Notes under the pieces: model-generated
What the model was told of the DNA's origin: nothing
The model's input: the letters and a program-made list of their open reading frames with translations, nothing else
Database searches by the model: none
Program-made: the position numbers and the translations under genes
From: Felis catus
Lineage: Eukaryota
Assembly (NCBI RefSeq): GCF_018350175.1
Contig: NC_058383.1
Coordinates: 9,302,001 to 9,366,000, forward strand
DNA: 64,000 nt
Reading direction: 5' to 3'
Shown: piece by piece, positions 1-9,629 of the stretch
Layout of the letters: each line of letters starts with the position of its first letter
How positions within the stretch are numbered: position 1 is the stretch's first letter

Positions 1-1149
1 CCCCCAGGACAGATCCAGGGACACTGGTGTGATCCTCCCTATGTGGCCCAGCCAGGCCCTTGGGAGCTCAGGAGCCTGGCACCCTGTCCAAGTGGGGCAG
101 TCCCGAAACAGGTAACGTCCTTAAACAAAAATTAACCTCGACGCCAAGAGCCTTTTGTCTGCTGCCTTTGGCTTTCCTCACTAAGGCCTTGGCGGTAAGG
201 GTGTTTGAGAAAATAAAGGGAGTGAAGGAAACAGCCAAAAATCAAAATGAAACTGACCAACACGGACATATTTGCTGCTGAGACCGGAGGTCTGGGGAGG
301 GGCAGCCCCCACCCTCCCTGCTGGGAGGCAGCCTTAGGGTCTGGGGTGGGGGCACCTGCAGGCCTGTCCACCCCAAGTCCCCCTGCCCACCCAGTGCCCC
401 TGCCAGTACTGCAGCCCCATCTCCCTGAGATCAACGGATACAAGGGGATGTGGGGCTCCCCTGGGGCTTGGGAGAACGCCCCCTTCCCAGCCCAGCCTAG
501 CCCCTCCACCTGGGAAAGGCCGAGAAGCCTGTCTGTTCTGCCAGCCCCTGCCATCGCCACAGCTGCTTGTGGGTCTCAAGGAGTCCTGGCCCCTCCTGGA
601 GGATGGGTGGGAACAGTTTTTGGGAGGTGTTGGTGTGGAGTCTCTGAGGGAGCAATGGGGACACTGGCAGGTGCTTTAGGAAGGTTGGAACACGGGGAAC
701 AAGGGCGCCTGCAGGTTTGAGACATCTGTCCACACGTGGGCAGCCAGTCCCTGGGGGAAAGGACACACTCTCCTTGGAAAAGGGACTTTAGAAATGCAGC
801 TCGGTGGCCGCTTGGGGACAGAGAAAGGGGAGGGCTTCGAGGGAGAGGGAGGGGCCAGTGAGAGGGTTGAGGGAGGGAGGGCGCTTGGAGAGGGAAAGGG
901 AGGCTCAGGGCCTAAGTGGTGCCCAGGGGAGACCCCGTCTCTGAATCCGGTTCCTGACTGCGACCCCTAGCATTGTCCATGCCCCTCCCACCCCAATATG
1001 CCTGGAGAGAGGGAGGCAGGAGACCCCGGATTCTCCTCAGCTCTCTACCCAACTGGCTGGGAGTCCCAGTGGTCAACCCCCTCTGGCCATCAGTTTGCCA
1101 AGCTCAAGGGTGGCCCAAGCCTGCAGGCCCCCCTCGCCCTGACACTAGG

Positions 1150-1670
1150 GCCAGGTGGGCGCAACAACCAAGCATTCCAGGCCGCTCCCGAGCCGGGAGG
1201 GGGAAGCGGCGCCTCCCTCCCCCATTTACACACTCACCGCGCCCCGCCCGGCGGTGACACCCCACCCAGCGCGGCGCAGCCCGCACGGCGCGGGAACCCT
1301 CCGCAAAGCGAAGCGTACGTACATCTGGCGGGCTGTGCGCCGAGCCGGGGCGGCCCCCGTGCGCTCCGCTCCGCTGTCTGTTGCCGCCGTTCTGCTGGGG
1401 CGACCCCCACCCGCTGCCGCCGGACGGGGAAGGCGACCGGCTCCCGCTGGACCGCTGGCTGCCCGTCTTCCGCCCGTCATCTCGGTGCTTGGGGCTCAGC
1501 CTGGGGGTGGGGCGTGGGGAGGGGACGTGGCGGGCAGCCGGCGTGGGACCGCCCCCTCTGCGAGCGGAACCGCTGCCCCTTCCCCTGCCTCTCACTTGCA
1601 TTTAGAGAGCAAGGCCCTGGCCCACCTATTGCCTCGACTTCCAAGAGCCGCGGCCGGAAGCTCTTCCTCG
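1150..1670. promoter_or_regulatory. Intragenic CpG-rich region around exon 11
   Basis: CpG-dense sequence extending into both flanking introns. Confidence 0.45.
1323..1500 (-). CDS. SRRM3: SRRM3 coding exon 11 (178 nt; (R)LSPKHRDDGRKTGSQRSSGSRSPSPSGGSGWGSPQQNGGNRQRSGAHGGRPGSAHSPPD); gene continues beyond the left window edge
   Basis: Acceptor ccacccccag|G, donor GAT|gtacgt. Peptide matches recalled human SRRM3. Starts phase 2, ends phase 0. Confidence 0.93.
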
Positions 1671-1852
1671 CCCATCTGCAGGGGGGTGGGCACCTGCACC
1701 CTCCTGGTAGACTTCCACCCACCAACTGCTCTTCTGCCCACCAGCCTCTTCCCCAGCCCTTGGGAGGGTTCGATCTGCAACTCCCCACCCTCCAGCAGAG
1801 CTGAACCGAGCTGAACGTCCTCTGGAGCGTTTCGAAGGGGCCCAGGACCTAC

Positions 1853-1957
1853 CTGCTGGGTGATCTGGAATCGCTGTAGTGGGAGGAGAGGGAGGGGCTC
1901 TGGGAGCTGCCGCTGCTGTGGCGACGGGGCCTCCGACCTGGGGACTCCGCGTGTGGC
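1853..1957 (-). CDS. SRRM3: SRRM3 coding exon 10 (105 nt; (R)PHAESPGRRPRRHSSGSSQSPSLSSHYSDSRSPS)
   Basis: Acceptor tttctctcccag|G, donor CAG|gtaggt. Frame continuous with neighbours; matches recalled SRRM3. Confidence 0.92.
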
Positions 1958-2424
1958 CTGGGAGAGAAACCAGCCAGTACCTAAGTTCCGCCTGACTGCC
2001 CCACGGGGGACCCCGCCCCCTATAGTACCCTACAGAAATAGCCTCTCTAGTCCATGGGGGTCATTTGTGGGAATTAGGAGAAAGCACCCTCTTCTCTAGA
2101 CAGCCCGGACCCCCAAGACCTCACCGGCTCCTCAGCTGGTGCTCTTGTGACTAGGGGGTGAGGGACGCGGGGAGTAATAAAGACAGAGTTTGAAAGAACC
2201 CAGGACTGGGAGGCAAGAGGCCCCCCGTTCCAGTTCTGGCTCTGCCACTGACACACAGGGGCTCTTGGCTTCCTCTCTGGGTCGGAATTTTTCCATCTGG
2301 GCAATGGGGACCAAACGAACTATCTCCAAGGGCCCAATTCCGTGCTTCTAGAAGGCCAGGTTTGCCGGAGTGGGGGAAGAGTGGAGGGAGGCGGAGGAGC
2401 TAGAGAATGGTGACAGGTTCTCAC

Positions 2425-2475
2425 CTCTTCCTCTCTTTGTTCTTCTCTTTCCTTTTGCTCTTGGGGCTTCGAGAT
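2425..2475 (-). CDS. SRRM3: SRRM3 coding exon 9 (51 nt; (R)SRSPKSKRKEKNKERK)
   Basis: Acceptor ctctgctttctgcag|A, donor GAG|gtgaga; phase 2-2. Confidence 0.92.
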
Positions 2476-3482
2476 CTGCAGAAAGCAGAGGCTGAGGGGA
2501 CAGCTCGGCCTGAGCCCAGCAGGGGGTGTGCCTAGGTAGGGAGCTGAGGGAGTTGAGATTTGTTCCTGTCTGGGATCTGAGCCCCCCACCCCTAGCCCAG
2601 CTGGTGTGGACTCGCTCATCCCACCTCACTGCTTTGGTTCCTTTTCACACAGCCAAGCCTCCTTCCTTCCTTCTCCCAGGATCACTGCCTATCTGGGCCG
2701 GAGTCCTGCTCCTCCTGGGGGTGCCGTAAGCGATGTGTCCACCACCCCAGAAGGCTGACGTGTCCTTTCCTTCTGGAATCGGTCTCAGGACAGGCCCCTC
2801 TATGAGTCATGGTGGTGGGGGTGGCCCTTCCACACCTAATTTGTGTCCCCTGTTCCCAGGTCCCCTCAGATGGGGCTCTCTAGGGCAGAGCCCAGGCTTC
2901 CTGCCTCTCTGCCCACTCAGAGAGTGGCCCAACTCTGGGCCAGCTCCCCGGGGGTTTAGGAAAGAAATGCTTTCCCTTGGGCATGATCTCCCTGCATTTG
3001 AGTCCTCTGGATTCTCCTCAAGGGCTGTTCCCAAAGCTTTCCATCCCAACCAGTCCTGCCCCCTACAGTCCCATCCCATCCAGCTCCTTGGGGCCCCACA
3101 GTGTTCTCCTTCTACCTTTGACAAAAGGATTGAAAAGTTTCCTAGTAGGTGTCTAAGGTCTCACTGCACCCCTGGTCCCTGTAGATCTCTTAGCCCCACC
3201 CTCCCTGATGCCACCAGATTTCCAGCTGGATGCTTCTACTCCTGAACAGATGCCTCTTTCTGACCAAATATGAAGTGATGCTAAGAAAAAACTGGGATGT
3301 GTTTCTCACAGGAGCAGAGTGGGTGGGGGCAGGCCCAGGAGGCCAAAGATTTTAGTTCTAGAACCCATGTTGCTTGCTTTGGGCTTCAGTCTCCCCACCT
3401 GGAGCTGCTCTAGCCCTAGGTCGTCTCTAGGTCCTTCCCAGGACTCCTGGGAGCTGGCCAGAGGATCTGTGCAGATGGATGG

Positions 3483-3501
3483 TGACCACTAGGGGGCAGC
3501 A
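3483..3501 (+). promoter_or_regulatory. CTCF motif
   Basis: TGACCACTAGGGGGCAGCA closely matches the CTCF core CCAC/GYAGG/AGGGC. Confidence 0.6.
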
Positions 3502-4279
3502 GGGGCCCATACTGGCCCCTGAGAAGTGGGGAAGAGAGGAAGGGAAGATGGGAAATTGGGGAAATTAGAGATTCAGGATTATTTATTTAGGCTCCTACCC
3601 CACCTGGCAAATGACCCTCGGTGAATTCCCACTGCAGGAATGAGACTGGGGATTCTGCCCCTCTTCAGGGCTGCTGGGAGGTCCTCTTGGCCCTCATGCC
3701 CACCCTGGGGCTGGGACGACCTTACATCTTCCTTCCCTCCATGCTGAGTTCTCTACTTTCCCCACTCCAGCCTCTGCCAGGGCTCTTGACTTTCACCTCC
3801 TCCCTCCCCTCCCCTAATCCATCCTGAACAATCTCTGTCCTGCTCAGAGCCCCATGCTGGCTCCCAGCCCCGCCTGGTTGGAGGCCAGCTCCTTGGCCTG
3901 TCAGTCAGGTCTTTTTGGGGGCTGGCACCTGTCCTCCAGACACAACTGCCAGCCACAGCCACAGCTCGCCCACCTGTCTCCCACCCACTGAGCTTCCCTT
4001 CTGTATGGATGCCCTTTCCCTGCAAATGTGGGGTCTTGAGCTTCTCCCTTCCTGACATCAAGGCTGACTCATGGGACCAGAAAGCTTTGCAAACAATTGG
4101 CCTTCCTTCTCGCCCCCCACCCCCAACTTTCCCTGCCTGCCTCCCGGAAGGAGTCGCAGAGGGAGGATGGAGCAAGGGAAGACCCTCACCAATCCCCTCC
4201 CATCACTGCTTCCCTTGGGCCTTGGTCCCCGCTGGGTGGCACTAGCCTCTGTCCACATCCTTAGCAGGGCGTCACTCAC

Positions 4280-4315
4280 CTGTGTCGTCTCTTCTTCCGG
4301 GACCCAGAATCAGAC
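4280..4315 (-). CDS. SRRM3: SRRM3 coding exon 8 (36 nt; (R)SDSGSRKKRRH)
   Basis: Acceptor cttttgtggccctacag|G, donor CAG|gtgagt; phase 2-2. Confidence 0.92.
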
Positions 4316-4434
4316 CTGTAGGGCCACAAAAGGGTTCTCTTGAGCTTGTCTGGGGTGGCCTGGGGACACAGATCTGCACAGCCATGGTCCTGGGCCAACA
4401 GGAGTGAGAGGAGGCCCCAGGGGAGGGAAGGTAC

Positions 4435-4497
4435 CTGTCTCTTCGGTGCTTCTTCACACTCTTCTTCTTCTTGCGCAGGGGTGAGGAGCTCCCACAG
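4435..4497 (-). CDS. SRRM3: SRRM3 coding exon 7 (63 nt; (S)CGSSSPLRKKKKSVKKHRRD)
   Basis: Acceptor ccctgtgtccgcag|C, donor CAG|gtacct; phase 2-2; matches recalled SRRM3. Confidence 0.92.
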
Positions 4498-4928
4498 CTG
4501 CGGACACAGGGTGGGGTAGGTTCTAGTGAACTGGTGCCCAGGACGGGGAGGGGCAGCTGGAAATGCTGGGGAAACCTGGGTGTCTCGGGCATCTAGCTGA
4601 AGCCGGCTGCCCATTGTACAAAGCGAACCGAGGCCCTGAGGGCCAGCAAGGTCCCTAAGGTAGGTGATGGAGCTGCCTGTGTTGTCCCCTAGCCACCCTT
4701 CAGCCTCCTTGGCATTTTGAGTGAGGGCTGTTTCAAACCCAAATGTTAGAGGCTCCAATGGTGGGATTTCTGGCCTCCGTGGGCACAGCTGGCACATTGG
4801 CAGCGTCCAGGGCCTGATGTGGCAGGCCTCCTGCCTCTGGGGGATGGTCTTGGAGTCTTGCCCACCCACAGACATCCCCACTCCTGTTCCCCCACCACCC
4901 CCCGCCCCTGGTAACCAGTGATACTGAC

Positions 4929-4958
4929 CTGCACTCAGAGTCCAGTCTCCTCTTTTTG
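4929..4958 (-). CDS. SRRM3: SRRM3 coding exon 6 (30 nt; (R)KKRRLDSEC)
   Basis: Acceptor cttttctctccctggccctcag|C, donor CAG|gtcagt. Fills the KKRRL-E/D-SEC gap between exons 5 and 7. Confidence 0.9.
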
Positions 4959-5459
4959 CTGAGGGCCAGGGAGAGAAAAGGACAGACAGTTGGACAGAGT
5001 TAGTTGGGGCTCCAGAAGTCTGCAAGGGATAGGAGAGGGGGACACACAGATGGGGAGCCACAGATGTGACCCAGCTAAACCCCTCCTCCCCAGGCCACTC
5101 ACACTTGTGGTGGTGAGTGCAGGACCGCCGGGGGAGCGAGAAGGGGGAACTGCGAGCGGGTCTAGCGGGTCGACCCAGGAGCCGGATCAGTGTGTCTAGT
5201 TCTGGGGTAGGTGAGTGCCAATAAGGGGAGGGGGCTGGGCGAAAGGGAGGGGCTCCGCGAGGGGGAGGAGCCTGGTGAGGGGGCGGGCCCTTCGTTGGGG
5301 GCCCGCACAGTGAGGGGGCGGGATTCTGTAAGGGCAAAGGGTCGCGGCGAGGCGCGGGGCTCACAAATGCAACTTTGGGTCTCCTGCCCGCAGAAGGGTG
5401 CGCACCTGGGGGACCCCACCGTGCCCCTCCCGTCCCCTCCGGCCGGGCGGCGCTCTCAC

Positions 5460-5540
5460 CGGCTTCTCCGGTGGCCGCCTTTCTTTTTCTTCTTTTTCTT
5501 GGGAGGGGGCGACGCCGAGCTGCTGGACCAGTGCTTGGTC
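5460..5540 (-). CDS. SRRM3: SRRM3 coding exon 5 (81 nt; (R)TKHWSSSSASPPPKKKKKKKGGHRRS), poly-Lys NLS-like stretch
   Basis: Acceptor ccccctctcacccag|G, donor CCG|gtgaga; phase 2-2. Confidence 0.93.
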
Positions 5541-5639
5541 CTGGGTGAGAGGGGGTGGGGGTTGGGGGTGGGCGGTGAGGGAGGAGGGGAGGCTCCGGCC
5601 CCCTTCCCCCCGCCCCTCCCCGCCGCGGCGGGCGCTGAC

Positions 5640-5768
5640 CTGTACCCCCGGTGCCCGCGGTAGCAGGCGGCCGGGCAGTCGCAGTCCACCGGGCCGTCGT
5701 CCTCGTCCAAGGGCGCGTACTCCAGGCCCGGCTCCGCGCCCTCGAGCAGCCGCGGGGTCTCCGCCACG
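5640..5768 (-). CDS. SRRM3: SRRM3 coding exon 4 (129 nt; (I)VAETPRLLEGAEPGLEYAPLDEDDGPVDCDCPAACYRGHRGY)
   Basis: Acceptor tccctgtcgccggcag|C, donor CAG|gtcagc; matches recalled SRRM3. Confidence 0.93.
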
Positions 5769-7365
5769 CTGCCGGCGACAGGGACGCTCACCACCCGCGC
5801 CCCAGGGCCGGGCCTTCCGCCTGCCCCTTTCTCAGCGCGGCGCCCCGAGGCCTGGTCCTCCCGCAAGGTCTGCGGGATGCGGCCCCGACCCCTAGAAGGT
5901 CAGTCGGGGATCTGGGCGACCCAAAGAGCCGCCTCCCTTGCAGACACCCGGCCTCAGCCGGGCCCTCCCGCCCCTTCGGCCCCTTCTTTGGTCTCACCTC
6001 TCAGTGAGCCCCCTCCCCTCGCCGAGCCCCTCACTCCCATTCATAGTGCTCCTCTGCCCTCCCCAGCCCCCCTTTCCCGCACAGAGCCCCTTTCACCGAT
6101 CCCTGTGCCCCTGAGCCCCACTGTCCTACCCCTACCCCCCTGCCCCTCGCTCAGCCCACTCCCGGTCCGCAGCCCCCCTTCCTCTCGTGAGCCCCGCTCT
6201 CCCCACCCTCCTAGCTCCCTAACCCCGCCCGCCGGCCTGGTCCCCACCCCCCCCCCCCCGCCGAGCGCCTCCCTCCCCGCCCCCATCCGGTCCCCCCGCC
6301 CCGGCCGCGGCTCTGAAATATTCATGGCCTCTCCTCGCCCTCCTCTCCGCAGCCTCCCGAGGCCCGGCTGCTCTCCTCCCGCTGCCGCTGCCGGGCTGTC
6401 ATCAATCACCGCCCGGTGGCAGCGGCGCGGGCCCCGGCACTCCGCCGCCTCCGCGGCTCCCCATCTATCTTGCAGAGCCCTCCCCTGCGCTCAGCAGGGA
6501 CCGCAGCGTCCCGTCCCTGCTCCCGGCTCTGGAGCCCACAGCCGTCTTCCGCCACAGATGTTCGCTCCCTGCGGGCGCTTCGCCGAGGGATGCTCTCTTC
6601 CTAAAGGCAGCGGGGCTTGGCGGCTGGAGCCTGAGCTTTGGAGCCGCAGGCGTGGCCTCATCGTGCACTGGCCCTGAGTCCCTGTGTGACTTGTACCTGT
6701 CATCCCCCCTCTCTGAGCCCCTTCTCCGAGAGGAGCGTGATAACTGTCACAGGGCCGCTGGGGGATTCTCTGGGGGGAACAGTACTGTGCAACTTCTTCT
6801 TCAAGCCCAGAAGCAACCCTCCAAAGCCCAGCTCCAGGGTAATAGCTTCAAGGTGGTGGCTTCCCCACTTTCCATTCTTTGTTTCTGGCTCAGACAGTGC
6901 CCTTCCCAGATGGAGGCTCAGCCCTGCTTCGGGTACCACTACCCTCACTCCTGGGTGCTGTTCGCCAGGCTCACTCTTTCCCTGCCCGGAGCAAGGCAGG
7001 CCAGCACTGGGGGTGGCAGAGCATTAAGGACATGACACGAGTTTTGGATTCACACAGACAGGTCTCAATCCAGGCATGACCATGCTCACTGAGTCCCCAG
7101 GCCTTTATCTCCACAAGCCCGAAAAGAATATCCCAGCTGAGGAGAGGATTAAGTGAGATTCGCTCTATGAAGCTCCTGACATGAGCGACAGGCCTGGCCC
7201 CAGACGGTCGTCCCACACATGGTTGCCACTGTTAGACAGAGGGACCCCTGTCAGACACTAACACACCCTCACCTTCTCCCCACAAGCTACAAGGTGAAAG
7301 AATTTCCAGGAGCAAATCTCTAGTAGAGCACCCACTAATCTGTTCTTTGAAGAACTGATTTTGTA

Positions 7366-7595
7366 GGGCACCTGGGTGGCTCAGTTGGTTCAGCGTCTGA
7401 CTTCAGCTCAGGTCATGATCCACAGCTCGTGAGTTCGAGCCCCACGTCAGGCTCTGTGCTGACGGCTCGGAGCCTGGAGCCTGCTTAGGATCCTGTGTCT
7501 CCCTCTCTCTCTCTGCCCCTCCCCTGCTCACACTCTGTTTCTCTCTCTCTCAAAAATAAAACAAAAAACTAAAAAAAAAATAATAATAATAATAA
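7366..7595 (+). mobile_element. CAN-SINE (SINEC_Fc-type) with target-site duplication
   Basis: gggcacctgggtggctcag head, (CT)n, A-tail. TSD agaactgat[t/c]ttgta at 7351-7365 and 7596-7610. Confidence 0.95.
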
Positions 7596-7629
7596 AGAAC
7601 TGATCTTGTATAAAAAAAAAAAAAGAATT

Positions 7630-7742
7630 GGGAAGCCTGGGTTAAGTGTTTTGACTTAGTTTTGGCTCAGGTCATGATCTCACAGTTTGTGAGTTCGAGC
7701 CCTGCATTGGGCTTTGCACTGACAGCGAGGGGCCTGCTTGGG

Positions 7743-7786
<44 letters not shown>

Positions 7787-7850
7787 CCTCCTCTGCTCAT
7801 TCTCTCTCTCCCTATCTTAAAATAAACTTAAAAAAACAAAAACAAAAAAA
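7630..7850 (+). mobile_element. CAN-SINE
   Basis: ggctcaggtcatgatctc core, (CT)n and A-tail. Confidence 0.9.
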
Positions 7851-9180
7851 GAATGTACCCCAAATCTGACAGTGTTAGCTAGCCTGGAGGCCAGTATTAA
7901 GAATGCTGTTTGGTTCCTAAACCCCGACCTGGCCCGGGGCAACCCTGAAGTCACATGGGTAGTGTGGGAGGTTTCTCTGGGGCGACGGAGGGGGGGGCTT
8001 CACGTCATTCCCCCTGCACCCCACAGAGCCAAACATCCCCATACCCCTCCATTCAAACCTCTCTGCTCTTCCCCACATTCCTCTTCCTGAAGCCAGTGGC
8101 CTCCTTCCTGTTCCTGAAATCTCCAGCTCTTCGGCCTGTCCCGTGCACCACCCCCCCCCAAACTGTCTCCTACCCTGACGGTGTCACCCCCACACAGCCG
8201 TCAGCCGCACAAATGCCTGACACATAAACACGGTCTTTGGCAAAAACTTAAGGGCACCTCAAACACTGTGGGTGAGCCGATGGCAGGAGGGAGGTCCGGA
8301 GTCTGTCCTGAGGAAAATGTGATAAAGGTTATTTACAAAACAAAACAGCTCCGTCTGGGCACTGCCCTGGGCAGGGATCCTTTTTTGCCTGTAACATCCG
8401 AACTCCTCCTTCCCCACACTGTGCCCTCCTGCTCTGCCGGCTGCACCCCCATAGACATCTTTCTTCCTCTGTCCTGGGGACAGAGCCTCTGTATTCTCCC
8501 TCCCTGGGGACTTCTCAGCTGGCCTGTCTCACTCTGTGGTCCCTTCCGAGAGATTTACTTGGGCTCTCGGCTGCTGGGAGCATTGAAGGTACAAGCACAG
8601 GGCATTGAGTAGTGGGCTCAGGGAGGGGCACAGGTCTCAGAGCCTTCTGGTTCCAGAACCTCTGTGTCCTGCAGGTTCCAGGGGTATAAAAGGGCCTAGG
8701 CTGACGCTTCTCTTGCTGACTTTGTGCAGCTGATATCAGCACATCTGTTTTTCAGGATCTCCCAAGGCTAGAACCCTGTGTTCTCCTAGCCTGCCTTTCC
8801 TGGATGATAATATCACCAACAATAATGTTCTCTAATGTTTCAATTGCCCTCGAATGTCCACAAATCCTAGAGTCACTACCTGATTTAGAGAAATTGTACC
8901 TCCCCATTTTACAGAGGAGAAAACTGAGGTCCAGAGAAGGAAAGGAACATCCCCTTTGGTTTTGGAACTTTTGACTAAAGGATACAAGTTCACTTATGCA
9001 ATTGGCTTTGAGAATTCAGGTGCAAACAGGACAGGCCTTGACTTCACTGGCCAGCCCCTGCTGCCGATGTTAGCTCAGCCCTGGCCTCTACTTTATAGAC
9101 ACAGTTGTGGGTGTATGCACGGAGTTCTGGATATGCATGGAGTTCTAGATTTGTGTAGCACTTCCTCCTCTTTTTAAAAC

Positions 9181-9629
9181 ATTTTTTTAAAAGTTTATTC
9201 ATTTTTGAGAGAGAGAGACAGAGTGTGAGCAGGGGAGGGGCAGAGAGAGAGGGAGACACAGAATCTGAAGCAGGCTCCAGGCTCTGAGCTGTCAGCACAG
9301 AGCCTGACGCGGGGCTCAAACTCACAAACCTCGAGATCATGACCTGAGCTGAAGTCAGACGCTGAACCAACTGAGCCACCCAGGTACCCCCTTGCTCTTT
9401 TTTTTTTTTTTTAGGTTTATTTATTTATTTTGAGAGAGAGAGAGAGAGAGCATGCACGCACCTGTACATGAGCAGGAGAGGGACAGAGAGAGGGAGAGAG
9501 AATCCCAAGCAGGCTCTGCACTGTCAACACAGAGCCCCATGTGGGGCTCGAACTCACGAAATGTGAGATCATGACCTGAGCCAAAATCAAGAGTCTGATG
9601 CTTAATCAGCTGAGCCACCCAGGTGCCCC
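9181..9629 (-). mobile_element. Two tandem CAN-SINEs (9181-9390, 9397-9629)
   Basis: Two tgagccacccagg heads, each with (GA)n and a T-tail. Confidence 0.93.

Larger units (their letters stand above)
5110..6660. promoter_or_regulatory. Intragenic CpG island over exons 4-5 and the distal end of intron 3 (possible internal promoter)
   Basis: Very high CpG and GC content extending ~900 nt into non-coding intron; GC boxes present. Confidence 0.6.

Noticed and set aside
1104..1322. Open frame continuing from exon 11 into intron 11 (possible alternative C-terminus)
   Set aside because: No minus-strand poly(A) signal seen downstream within the window, and GC richness explains the open frame.
4276..5364. 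362-aa minus-strand ORF and other long ORFs in GC-rich DNA (998-1804, 5877-6677, 33044-33754, 48470-49135)
   Set aside because: Low-complexity Pro/Gly/Arg translations expected from stop-poor GC-rich DNA. Only the short spliced SRRM3 exons inside them are recognisable.
7366..7450. tRNA-like A/B boxes (tggctcagt...gagttcgagccc)
   Set aside because: tRNA-derived SINE heads followed by (CT)n and A-tails, not tRNA genes.
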